Origin: Glycera tridactyla
Taxonomy: Eukaryota
DNA length: 64,000 nt
Direction of reading: 5' to 3'
Assembly: GCA_965644265.1 (NCBI GenBank)
Contig: OZ286468.1
Coordinates: 20,584,001-20,648,000, forward strand
The position numbers and the translations under genes were made by a program. The stretch's first letter is position 1. Each line of letters begins with the position of its first letter. The notes beneath the pieces were generated by a model. It made no database searches, was not told the DNA's origin, and saw nothing but the letters and a program-made list of their open reading frames with translations. Below are positions 35,230 through 47,900 of the stretch, piece by piece.

Positions 35230-36450
35230 TACTGCGAAGCCAGACTGTTTGTCTTGAGGTCAGACTCGAAAGTGCTCAAATGAAATGCAACTTCGGTTTC
35301 GGATGTTTTCGTATGCAGCATAGGCAAAGACGCGGCTCTCGGTTTTTTTTCGGAACTATGAACAGGTGTTCCACGAAGGAGCATAGAGAGCAGCAGGGGG
35401 TGTAATGATCAAGCAGTTGTGACAATTTGCAGGAGGGCTTTGTGGATAAAGGACAGTTTTTCAAAGTCAGTTGTTGTTCGATAGGAAGCCGGTGTATTTG
35501 GTTCGGTATAGACGACACAGAGATTCTTAGCCAACTGAATCTTGCGAAGGTGAGGTATTTGGGTTGTCAGCATCCATAATCTGATTTCAGCATTGCATCT
35601 AGTACGGGTATTTAATGTCATTATTTTGAGAACTTGTCACCATCATAAAGATAGAAGTTCACTTAGTGCTCCGTAAAGTATCACATAGGAGCAGATTTTA
35701 TTTGTTAAAATTGGTTGGGCCAGGGACAGATCCTTGAGATATGGCATAGGTCAGTTTCTGGCCTGGGGACTGAGAGCCAGAATCGTATACCCTTTCATTG
35801 ATATTTAGTGTAGGTTTGAGTGAGACCAGGGAAGGAACAATCTTGTTTGCTAGCCTGTTCTGTAAGATTGTTTGATAGTCACTATTGAAATCTGCATGCA
35901 GTTCAAGCAGAATAAAACAGAGGGGTTTCATGCATCCAAAGGCATGAGGTTATCCTTGAGGGCATAGCTCAGTGATATAGGGAGGATTGGAAATGGGGTA
36001 GTATATGTTCTGATTTACAGATTCAGATGTGATTTCTCAGTATGGGTCTTATGTGAGTTGAATTGAGATGATGCATCTATCGAGCACATGGATCAAGTGT
36101 TGACTGAGTCATGAGAGCATGCCATGGAGGTGTGGAGGAGATCAACTGTGAGATTTCCGGGAAAGTCACAGGTGTGAAAGATAAGAGATCGATACAAGAT
36201 GCTAGTTTCTGACAAGTAGCGTCGGTTATGGTATTATGGATTCTATCTATTTTTTTGGAGAAAGAGTTGGGAAGTCAACATCTCGGGAGACCACTGGCCC
36301 CTTGAATGACAGTGCCCACTGGGTACTGACCCACAGTATGACTACATCCTCACAGAATACTGACCCCCGAAATAACAGAATCTGAACTGAGTACCAACCC
36401 TGACCAATTGACCACTTGGAAGAATCAGCTTCTGAAATATCAGAGTCATG
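35230..36450 (-). mobile_element. Decayed L2-type LINE fragments
   Basis: QGSVPGP remnant and L2-like C-terminal remnants on the minus strand. Confidence 0.6.
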
Positions 36451-37989
36451 GTGACTGTGCGATGTCGCAGCTCGTTTGCCAGATTATCGTACACTAGCTC
36501 AACATACAGAGTTTATCCCCGTCGTCCTTGAATCCTTCGCAGTTGATTGCCAATCTCCCAAATAATGACTTAATTTATCATGAACTTTTGGGTCATCGAC
36601 CAGTTCAACAGGGCAACTTGTGTATGAAATTAACTTTCACCGCGATAATTCATGCCGCTACATAAATTAAATTCAGTTATTGTCAGGATTTGTTTCAATG
36701 AGATGACAAAATATTTCAACTAATCATGACTGATATCCAAAATTTTAACCATGCTTCTCAGAAGTATTTTGTATCTCATCCAGTGTGTAGGTCATCTATG
36801 GAACAAACGCAGGTACACTAAATTGTATTTAAATAACAGGTTGTTCATCATAGCTGACGGTATGGTGAATCTGATTGTTCGTTTATCTTAACACTTTAGT
36901 TTTGTTCGTCACAACAATTGAATGCATGCAAAAATACATAACATCTTTTTTCAGTTAGACGAAACTGAAGAAGAACTTAACACATAAGCTGAACATATAA
37001 CTCGATGGCGAGAAGATGGTGTATTATATACAGTATGAGTGATTATGGAGGCGCAGATTAATGAGATGAATTGAGATGGGATGATATTCGCATCAACAAA
37101 ATGTAAATTATATTATGTAGCTTGTCGATTGTTTTACTAACTTTCTAATGGAAGAACTACTCGAGAGAAATATTTTGAGGAAGTTTTAACAAAAGTATTT
37201 TTTTTTATGTTCACCAAAAATACCACGAGAAACAGAAAATAGTTTATATATGAGAATAGGTGAGAACCAGTAATTGGGCTCCACCATGTATATTACAGTC
37301 AGATTTTTGATATCACTTTCGAGCCCAGTAAGTAAATGCAATCAACGAGCTGAATATGAGTCTAATTCTGACATTGAGTCATATAAAAACCTACATGTTT
37401 GCATCATGATATAATGGTTATCTAAGATACGATATAGTATACAATGATGTAAATCATGAAACTAATCATGAAATAAGTTGTGGAAAAAGTCATGGAAGGA
37501 GTCATAGATTGAGGAATTTCAATTATTTTAGAAACCTTTCAAATGGCTCAATCACCATTTCAGACGTTTCAGGATATGATATGATAAATCTATTCCACGT
37601 GGTGGCACCTCGGTGCCTGAAGTTTTTCTCACATAATTTATACTTGACTCGATCTATTCGAGTAGAAACTTGTCTCGAGATCGTGTTTCATATTCATTCT
37701 GATACTGCGCCGATTCAGAAATTTGTATAGAGGAGAAGGCTCCCTCCAAAACTTTCTTTACATGGATCAGATCATGCTCCCCTCTTCTATCTTTGATACT
37801 TTGTAATTTAAGTGCTTGATGTAATGCATGTGTATTGTATCTCTCAGATTTCTACTGATCATACGCATTGAATTGTTCTGCGTGACTTGCAGACATCGAG
37901 TATCTCTCTCAACAACCTATCGAACACACGTTGCAATAGTCAAAATGTGGTAAGATTAGTGATGTGAATAGAATTTCCATAATGTCCTC

Positions 37990-39300
37990 ACTTATGACCA
38001 GTAGTAATCGACCTAACACACCTGATTTTTGCTTTTAACTTCAGATTTACATATGCGATGTGGTATTTGAATGATAAGGATGGATCAGATATGACCCTAG
38101 GATACCTAATTTCTTCAACTGTTTCCAGCTGTGATCATAGTATCATACCCATAACTTCGACCATTTTCGATGATTGATGGGGCAATCTAAATTTCATGAT
38201 TTTTTTTTCAATATTCAGTGAAAGTTCATTCCTATTCACCCCAATTGCAACCGAATGTAGTACTTCGTCAAAGCCTGATTGAAAAGTAGCTGACGAGTCG
38301 CTAATAATACTTATAGCTGTGTCATGTGCGTATAATTTACTGCTTAGATCACAGTTGGTTTGGAAGAATATATCTCCACAGGTGGCGTTCCTCACGAAAT
38401 ATGGAAGGTCGTCAATATATAAAGTAAAAAACAGAGGTCCTAGTATGGACCCCTGAGGGACGCTGCATGTCACTGGAAGTTGTAATCAAACATCCTGGTT
38501 TCTTCTAGTTTCACATGTTCTAGAACATAAGTAACTATGCATCCATTTGACATTTGTTTCACATGAACCATATTTGCTAAGCTTGATTAGCAGAAGCACA
38601 TGTGTCGTCAGTGAGCCTGTCATTTATTTAGTCGAAAATGACATGGATGCAGGAGTTTTCAGTATCTCTGTCGTTATCTAAATGCAGCATTTGATGATAT
38701 AGTATTCAAAACGTCCCTCTTTTATGAGATCAGGAAAGAACATCCAGCTCTCGAAGATCAGGAACATGTGGCATACATAATACTTTTGTGGCAACCTGCC
38801 ATCAAAATCAAATCGATAAAATCAACTGTTTCTGCAAAGGTTGATGCTAGTCATCCTTGGCGGATCTATCACAGAGTGTTCCTCCGGTGGCGTTTTGAAT
38901 TTGTCCACCCGTGAATCTGATTCCAGGATGGAGAGCGTAGATGTGTTCAGTAGGACCTACGATCTTTAATCAGGGACGATGACTCACGATACTTAAATTC
39001 CTCTTTGGGACATCATATCATCTCTGGAACTGAAATTTATTGATCCATGAATCATTTGGAAAGTTAGGTGCACAGACATTCTTTCGATGACAGCCATCAA
39101 TAGGCTTTCGACATTTTAAAGTGTTCCCGGTAGAATGGCGTGGCCTGTGTCAGTATGATCCCTCAAAATGTTCACACTAATCTTAGTTCTGGGGTCAAAT
39201 GATGATACAACATTGAGATTATCTTCTGTCTCTCTAAAGGTGTCTTCCAGAAAGTTCGTTGCGGGTCTCTTTCCGTGGAGAGTGTACTAATAATGGCAGG
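37990..39300 (-). mobile_element. Decayed CR1/L2-type LINE RT fragment
   Basis: SVPQGSILGPLFFTLYIDDLP...LYAHDT (ORF 38135-38473). Confidence 0.75.
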
Positions 39301-39354
39301 TGTTTCATCGAACACGCTTCATTGATATGAATCTCCGTTTCATATAGGAGTTGA

Positions 39355-39909
39355 ATTCAACTGTGCATTGTCCCGATGGGATATTGTAGCAGTGACAAGA
39401 TAATTTCCCTGACTGTGCATTCACCTGGCCTCGTATTGTTTATATTCCCATCGTTTGTGGAATTGGTTGCTGTGGTATTGGCGATTATGGCCATGGTTGT
39501 CATTACATCGGTGATCGTTGTCATGGTCATCATGATATCCGTCATGATCATGATGATAGTGGAGATCAAGATCTTGCTCACTTTTTTATTGGTGTTTGTG
39601 GCGATTGTCGTCATCAACTTGGTGATCGTAGCAGGGATACTCAAGGTGTTGGTCATGGTCATCATTGTATTGGTGACCATGGTTTTCATCATTATGGTAG
39701 CGGTGATTACACCCATGATATTTCTGTGATGTGAGAATCAAGTATTGGAGTTTTCTTGCTTCCATGTCAAGCGACTGCAACTGTATGCTGTGGTGCAGGT
39801 GGTCCGTGTATTCTGTCTCTGCTCAGGATGTCTTTCTCATATCTTGCCTGTATCAAACTGAGACAAGAATATAATATTTGTCAGAGAGAGAGAGAGGGAG
39901 AGAGAGAGA

Positions 39910-39953
<44 letters not shown>

Positions 39954-40060
39954 AGGGCGAGGGGAGGGGAGACAGAGAGGGGACAGGCAAAGAGAGCTTG
40001 AGACAAACAGACGGACAGAAATACAGACAGATAAAGAGAGAAAGAGAGACAGCAAGAGAC
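39355..40060. repeat. (ATC/GTC)-rich and (GA)n low-complexity tracts
   Basis: Direct inspection. Confidence 0.8.
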
Positions 40061-40326
40061 AGCGATTTTGTGTGGACAGTTTGCCGATAGTCATCAGATT
40101 AATGCATGATTCCATCCACATGAAAATGGTAGGGTATGTCATGAACTGATGAATACTTCCACTTGACAGACTTTCCGAGAGCGATGATTGTAGGGTCCGG
40201 ATGATCCATCGTTCATAAATTATGAGAACGCGTCATACATACTCAACCGGCCTATTGCATGCCATCGAACCACAGCCAACCAATTACCCAACCATTCGAA
40301 CAAACCTCTGTTGCAGGTCACTAGTG

Positions 40327-40531
40327 ATGGATGACAATAATATAAGTTCCAGCCCGTATCGCGGGCATGCCATCCTCATTTGCAATGGGGTGGTCAACGA
40401 AAAAGGAAAATTCAGGTCGGGCGTCGCAAAGGATTTCGAGATGCTGAAAGAGACATTCGAGAAGCTCAGATTCCAGGTCATTGAACTGTTCGGTAAGACA
40501 GACCTAGAGATCCTCAAGGCAGTCAAGAAAG
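40327..40531 (+). CDS. Caspase exon 1 (p20 N-terminal part)
   Basis: Reads [51 protein letters not shown]...; acceptor before 40317, donor GTACGG. Confidence 0.9.
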
Positions 40532-43500
40532 GTACGGATTTCATCAGTTGTTATGTATTTTGTTATTTGAACCGAGAAAATGTTAGCCCATCGTTCCTCC
40601 GTCTGTACCAGGAACCGCCTTTCCAATTTGAGTCATATTTTCGCCGAATGATAAATATAGCCAACCCAGGACATCTAGTTGTCACAGCACAGAATTTACC
40701 TGATGGTACAAAACATATCTGCTCTTTTGATTCACTCCTGAAGTTCGACAAGTGAACAGGTCCTGATGCTCAAAGTATCTCGAGTTGGAATCAGCTCCTT
40801 ATACTGGAGCGTAGTTTGACATGAATCCTACGATATTCACCTGCCACTAGTTCTGATATAGATTCCCAAAAGCGCTACGATTTTGATATCCACCTAGTGG
40901 TACAAAATATATCCGACTTTTGGGGTACTTAGGATCCTGGAACGTTCACTGTCACTCAGTAACCATGAAGGTTTGATTCCCACCATTTTTTAGGATATCC
41001 AGGAATTATTATAACATTGCGCAACTTCAGACCGCTCTAATCATTCAATCGATCATGAGCTATATGCCTATTTGATGAGGTAGTCGATAAAACAATCACA
41101 GAGTTTCAGCCTATTCTCATTCAAATATCTCAAACATTGTTTACAAACCATGCCCATTCTAAATTCGTACCCAGATTGATTCTATGAAAAAACGAAACCT
41201 CATAATGCCAGAATATATGAGGATCTGACTGATATTAATCAAGTTTATATTCTCGATAATCTGAATGTTTAACCATATACCTTACTTTATCGGATGTCTC
41301 GAGAGTATGGAACACATGCACAATCTGAAAGAGGCTGTCCCGTCAGAGTGGATAAGTGGAAATTGCAGCGATCATGGGCCTAATGATGTTTTGACCATCC
41401 CACCGCCCATGATACTGGCACATTCTACACGAAATCACAATGCAGATTCGTGCTCTGTCTCTGCCCATTGACCAGCTCACCCGTTCAGGGGTACAGAATA
41501 TGGCATGAACATCTCCGGTGAAACTACATTCATTCGGCTGGATGATGGGACCCCAAACCAAAAACATCAGATCATGGAATAGGGTGGTTGTACCGTACAA
41601 CCCAAAATGAACCATGAAAAAATCAACCTGAATTTCAATTATACTCATTTAGCTTGCTAAAAGGCCACTGGGCGCAGGGAAATTGTCCGCAGGCTGATGA
41701 ACCATTTTCGTTGATTTGAACCTCTGTTGTCTTTGATTGCAGTCGCTAGAATGGACCATTCTCAGTGCGACTGTTTGGTTGTGGCCATATCAAGCCATGG
41801 TGGGACAAGAAAGAAGCAGATGGACCTGGGCTATGACATGGAGGGTTACGATTTCTACGAGGAAACGGAGATCTTTTACGCAGAGGACGGCGGATCATAT
41901 GAGATTGGCCAACTGACAGAAGAATTTTCGGAGGAGAAATGCCCCTCACTGAAGAAAAAACCGAAGTTGTTCTTCATACAGGTAAGGTTACTTCATTCTC
42001 TTCTAAGACTGGCACTTTCCACACTGAGCTTTATGATTGGTATCATCCAAAACGTTCACTTGGAAGTGTGGTGGTATCCCAAGATATATCCCTATTTGCA
42101 TCTTCCTATTTCACGATCTGCACATTTTCGTGAAGTATTGTTATCAGGCATAACTATGAGCTTCCAGTCAGCCACATAATTTGAGTATGCCATTGATAGG
42201 TTCCTTGTATATCTGTTTCTGGAGGTGTGTCACAATCATTTTTTGTCAGCTGATGCTGCACTTGAACCAAACTATGATATACAAGTGAGAAATGATGCAG
42301 GGGAAACATACTGCAATCACAGTAGGTCATGTTTCGATGACGAACTAGTACCAGTTCTGGCTCTGTCGGGCTGTGGCGAGATTCACAGGTATGTGTGGGG
42401 GCATTGTACTGTGAACAGAGCAGGACGATTGGACTGCTAGTTCGGGGTTGACACTTCACTTCGTTGAAACGAAAGGTAAGATCGAGATAGGCCCGTAGTT
42501 AGACGGATCAGTTCTATCTCCTTCTTCGTACAATGGGGTTACCTGCGACGTTTTCCAGGATTGAGGAACAATACCAGATGTCAGAGACAAACAGATCATA
42601 TCATGCAGAATTGGTGATAATATATCAGATGCATCCTGTAAGAATCTCGCATATATTGTGTATGCCCCTGACCAGATACACTACCTCTTTCTAGGTAATG
42701 TACTTTGTGTAAATCATTGCTTTGAACTCAAGTGTTGGCCTCAAATAAGTCAATTATGCTATCAGTGAGTACCATTCCATTTTCAAATGATGTTCTGCAG
42801 ACATCGCTCACAGAAACCTTGAACGCAGCATGATAGGGAACTTGAAAGATCATCAAGTGGAAGTAGCAGACAGTCCGGACACACATTTACCAACCTCACA
42901 TAAACATATCGAACCTGATGACAGCATATCTAACTATGTGGTTGGCTAGATCCGGACATTCATGCCCGATAGCTATGCTTCTATTTCAAGCAATTTGCAA
43001 CACTTTAGACAAGAAAAAGCATCAGGTTCGGAAAATACTCAACCAAAGTTTTCAATTACGCACTGTCATATCCAAACCAACTAGCAATAATGGGGACCTT
43101 ATACTTGCAGTACAATCATGTCTTTGTTGCCCCCTTCCTTCCAAACCCTAACCAGGACTATGGGAGGGTGATGATGATGTGGTCCTCATCTGCCAGTCCA
43201 AGCATCCATGTGTGCGTTCATCCATGCCTCTATAATGATGATAATGATGATGGCAATGGTCATTTATATAGCGCCTTCCCCTCAATGAGCTCATGGGCGC
43301 TTTACAATGATATGTACCTGAAAAGCAAAACATAGAATCGAGTTGGTCGGAAAGCAATATTGAACAAATGAGTTTTGAGTCTGCTGTTGAAGGTGTTGAA
43401 GGTAGGTGAAAGTTTGATGTCCAATGGCAATGAGTTGTACAAGGATAGGGAAGCATGGGAACAGGCACAATTCCTCAGTTTCTGACAGAATGTTTTGACA

Positions 43501-45726
43501 GCAGTTGTGACAGGTAGTTGAGTGTCATGCCATGGAGAGCCTTGTAGTTCATGGACATGATGTTAAGAAAATCCGATGTTCGATAGGGAGCCAGTGAAGC
43601 TTTTTCAAGATATGAGTGATGTGTTGGTGGTGACTGCAGGATACTGTTTATCTAGCTGCACAGTTCATGACATGCTGTAGTTCACTGATGTGGATCTTCG
43701 GTTTACCGTGAAGAGCTCTATAAAAGTAATCAAGTTTGGAGGAGATTAGTGAGTGGACAAGGACTTCTGTCCATTCATTATTCTCCTATCAGCATCTTCA
43801 GATTCAGTGCACCGATCATAACCAAGTCAACTTTCCTTGTAGCATCAATATGTCCAGATGCGCACTCGACAGATTGATTCTGGGGCTCACTGTAATTCAT
43901 GTCACATCCGCGGGGAACATTGCATCACTGTTGCCTTATTTTTATAGGCCTGTCGAGGCGAGGATCTGTGTGAGTCGGTGAAAGTTGGGGGAAATGCACC
44001 GAAGAAGAAGGAGTCAGACTCAATTGAGGAGCAGGAAGGGGTGGAACATACGCTGGATAGGCCAGACGTACTGGAGTTCGAGGTCCTGCCTACCACTCTC
44101 TCCGTCCTGGATCCCCCGATCAAGTCATCGCTGGTGGACGACGCGAGCCCGGGCCCTCCCGAACCTGAAACCAAACATGATGATAAAAACATGATGAAGG
44201 AAATAAACGAGCCAGTCGAGAAGAATGAAGAGATTGTCTCCAGGAAGATGGTGCTGAGTCGGGACTACCTGGCCATGTGGGCATGTCCGCCAGGTAAAAC
44301 AGATCTCAGTTCCTATATATTTCTACGTTCCGATCTTAGTCCCTTCCTCTTCCTCCGGGTATTCCCATCCACATCCTTCCCTGACTATCTATCTTTGTAT
44401 CTATCGTCATATCTATCTCTGTATCTATCTATCTATGTATCTATCTCTGTATCTATCTATCCCTGTATCTATCCCTGTATCTATCTATCTCTGTATCTAT
44501 CTATCTATCTCTGTATCTATCTATCTCTGTATCTATCTCTGTATCTATCTCTGTATCTATCTCTGTATCTATCTCTGTATCTATCTATCTCTGTATCTNN
44601 NNNNNNNNNNNNNNNNNNNNNNNNNNNNNNNNNNNNNNNNNNNNNNNNNNNNNNNNNNNNNNNNNNNNNNNNNNNNNNNNNNNNNNNNNNNNNNNNNNNN
44701 NNNNNNNNNNNNNNNNNNNNNNNNNNNNNNNNNNNNNNNNNNNNNNNNNNNNNNNNNNNNNNNNNNNNNNNNNNNNNNNNNNNNNNNNNNNNNNNNNNNN
44801 NNNNNNNNNNNNNNNNNNNNNNNNNNNNNNNNNNNNNNNNNNNNNNNNNNNNNNNNNNNNNNNNNNNNNNNNNNNNNNNNNNNNNNNNNNNNNNNNNNNN
44901 NNNNNNNNNNNNNNNNNNNNNNNNNNNNNNNNNNNNNNNNNNNNNNNNNNNNNNNNNNNNNNNNNNNNNNNNNNNNNNNNNNNNNNNNNNNNNNNNNNNN
45001 NNNNNNNNNNNNNNNNNNNNNNNNNNNNNNNNNNNNNNNNNNNNNNNNNNNNNNNNNNNNNNNNNNNNNNNNNNNNNNNNNNNNNNNNNNNNNNNNNNNN
45101 NNNNNNNNNNNNNNNNNNNNNNNNNNNNNNNNNNNNNNNNNNNNNNNNNNNNNNNNNNNNNNNNNNNNNNNNNNNNNNNNNNNNNNNNNNNNNNNNNNNN
45201 NNNNNNNNNNNNNNNNNNNNNNNNNNTCTGGCCGTCCGTCGGTCCGTCCGTCTGTCCACCCATCCGTCCATCCACTGTTCGTCTATATCTCTATACATCT
45301 ATCTATCCATCTATCCATCTATCCAACTACCTATACACTTCTATTCATGCATCCATCCTCGCACTCCAATCTATCTATCCATCCATCCATCCATCCATCC
45401 ATCCATCCATCCATCCATCCATCCATCCATCCATCCATCCATCCATCCTCTCTGTCATACTATGGTATGTCGCAGGTTACTTCGCCTTCCACACGAGTGA
45501 GGGCTCTCCGTTCATCAGGCGGCTGTGTAAAGTCCTGGGTGACGAGAAGAACGAGGATGACCTGCTCACCAAGCTGACAGAGGTCAACCGGCTGGTGGCC
45601 ACCGAGTACCAGATGCAGGGAGACCAGGAGTTCCTGAAGGGCAGGCGCATTGTACCCTCCATTGAGCATATGCTATGTCATCCAATCCACCTCCAGAAGA
45701 AGAATGGACTATCGTATGCAGGTTAG
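40327..45726 (+). CDS. Caspase (peptidase C14A) gene, 4 coding exons, 346 aa, no prodomain identified
   Basis: Exons 40327-40531, 41743-41981, 43948-44293 and 45476-45726 sum to 1041 nt with consistent phases. Motifs: RG.AILICN, RSG, SHG catalytic His, [12 protein letters not shown] catalytic Cys, PGY...GS.FI..LC. Confidence 0.95.
41743..41981 (+). CDS. Caspase exon 2 (catalytic His)
   Basis: Reads [16 protein letters not shown]...[15 protein letters not shown]; GTAAGG donor. Confidence 0.95.
43240..43730 (-). mobile_element. L2-type LINE 3' end in caspase intron 2
   Basis: Triplet-repeat tail followed by atttatatagcgcc, characteristic of L2 3' ends, plus degenerate C-terminal coding remnants. 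Confidence 0.5.
43948..44293 (+). CDS. Caspase exon 3 (catalytic Cys, long linker, start of p10)
   Basis: Reads [10 protein letters not shown]...[12 protein letters not shown]; tttttatag acceptor, GTAAAA donor. Confidence 0.95.
44380..45447. repeat. (ATCT/CTGTATCT)n and (ATCC)n microsatellites flanking an N gap in caspase intron 3
   Basis: Direct inspection; gap at 44599-45226. Confidence 0.9.
44599..45226. other. Assembly gap (N)
   Basis: N run. Confidence 1.
45476..45726 (+). CDS. Caspase exon 4 (p10)
   Basis: Reads [21 protein letters not shown]...[14 protein letters not shown]...[23 protein letters not shown]. Confidence 0.93.
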
Positions 45727-46789
45727 ATACCTAGCAGTCAGGTATCTAGCACGGACCTGAAGGGGCGAAACGGTGCTCAAATGCCAAATGATGCGTCATT
45801 CCATGGCAACCACACACTGAGAAATGATGACAAATGCGAAATGTGAAATATCAAATATAGCTCCATACACACCCTAGCTCATTTTCATGTCAGTCATAAT
45901 CATGGTGGCTTCGATATCATGTTGGTGATCAGGATGATCGGGATGATTTTTCATAGGGTCTTCGTTCGGCATTTACACACCATTCTGTGGTACTTCCTGG
46001 CAGGTAGCAACCAGGGAATGGCACTAAAACGCCAAAGGGAGCAGTCATTGGACAATGTTCATGATCACGGTCATCAACATGGTATCATGTCGATCATGGC
46101 GATGGTGATCAACATGATGATGATTTACAGAGGGTAGGTAGCTATATTGATAAATTGGCGTAATTCACATTTGACATCATTTCACGGTATAGAACTGCCA
46201 TGGAATGATGCTGATACGCAAGATGAAGCCAGCATCATTTCGTCTCTCGGAATCATTCTGCAGGTAAGGGCGGGAAAGCTTTCAATGACGTAGCCATTTT
46301 TAGCTGCCTTCGATTGCTTGATCGAAGCCTCAGTGGAATTGCATTCGGTTTTCTCGAAGGAACCTTGTGTTCTCTTCGATATGACGTGTATTCTTTTTTT
46401 TTTCCATGAAACTGGATATATTGTATCGTTTGGTGAATGCTTCCTGCATCAAATTTTGTCATGGGAATGCTGATATTCCGATAAGGCGTTGTTTGTACGT
46501 GCCGAATATTCAGAAATATGTGCCACCTTGTCGGTACTTAATTCATAAAATTATTTGAAGATTTATATGTCCCACGACAAATAATCTTCCTCAATCTTCC
46601 TTTCACTGAATATGATGGAAGAGGGACATTGACTTCCGAGTGATTCCCCAAAAAATGAAGTCATATAACACAGTATTGTGGACTGATGGATGTTTTCAGT
46701 CATCCAGCCATATTCCAATATGGGGAATTAAATCAAGAAACTAAACTTAGTACTCACAACGAAGTGCCGTAGCGGCTAGAACCTCTAGC

Positions 46790-47900
46790 CTTCTACAGAC
46801 TGTAAACTCCTCAAGCTGTCATCTTCTATAAACAACAATATATGGGTGTGCCATGGGGTCTTCGGTCAGCTCAATCGTTGTCAACCGTTATATGGATATG
46901 TTTGAGATTAAAGCACTAGTCACCATCAGTGGTGAAGATACGTTGCGACACATCTCTGATTGTCAATGAAACTTCAAGAGACTCGTTTCTCCGACACACC
47001 AACCAATTGGACGATAATATGAAGTTCACTGAAGGGAAAAAACTGGCTTTTCTAGACTGCCTTATCAACAAGGAGTCGGATAAGTTGTTGACAACAAGTT
47101 TGTATCGAAAGTCAACACTCAAAGAGTTTACAGATCGTAGAAGCTGGAGGTTATACCGCAACGTCGCTTCATTGTGCATACCAAGTCCAGTTCCTTGATT
47201 TAATTCTCCCTACAGTATTATGTGTTTCCATATGTGCTGATGAATTTATACCTTTGCCATATGAGAACAGGGCTACCACGTTACCATTGTTTTGGGGATT
47301 TTGGAGAAAAAAATGTAGTAATATCTATGAATCCGTTCATGTTTCGACAGCTATTTTGTATGAGGGATAGATTTTGCAATACATTTCTCGATTCTGAGTT
47401 ATACGTCAAAAAGTGTTTTCATGATCAGTGGGAATACAAAAACACAAAGTCGCCTGAATTTGATATAATCACGGAAAGAGCATTCCTCTAATGCCTAGGT
47501 GTTTTAGATCGTGGAAATACGTGACATAGTTGCTACGTTATTTCTCAAGAAATCCAATGCTACTCTACAGCACATCTTTGCATCACAGCAACTGCCCATG
47601 AAAAAATTGATTCATTTTCGAGTACGGAAATTCCTTCACTTGAATTACATTACTGCCTGCAGTATCTGAGTTGAGATTCTGACTATGAACTTCTCCAAAG
47701 TATTCAAAAATCTAACAACATTTTCGAATGCCTTGAGAATGACAAACACAAATATAAACCACTACTTATAATGTCTGATCAATTTATACCTTGACTCACA
47801 CTTCATTCCTAGGATAAGAGCAGGCAGTCATCTCGAAAACTGAATAGTGAAGGAGTCTTCTCTGTACTTGGAAGGAGAGGTAGCATTCACACATTTGCAT
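46790..47900 (+). mobile_element. Highly decayed Penelope-like (Poseidon-type) RT fragment
   Basis: G-CAMGS remnant (gggtgtgccatggggtct) and NMKFT..KLAFLD...TSLYRKST. Confidence 0.65.

Noticed and set aside
43978-45726. 582-aa ORF in the track
   Set aside because: Artefact of reading through the intron, microsatellites and N gap; the real coding parts are caspase exons 3 and 4.
8243-45726. DEG/ENaC plus caspase as a functional gene system
   Set aside because: The genes are 20 kb apart, separated by transposons, with no shared regulatory evidence; proximity alone is not informative in an animal genome.
45795-45815. Second X-box (cattccatggcaac)
   Set aside because: Only a half-site; it lacks the 5' GT of the consensus.
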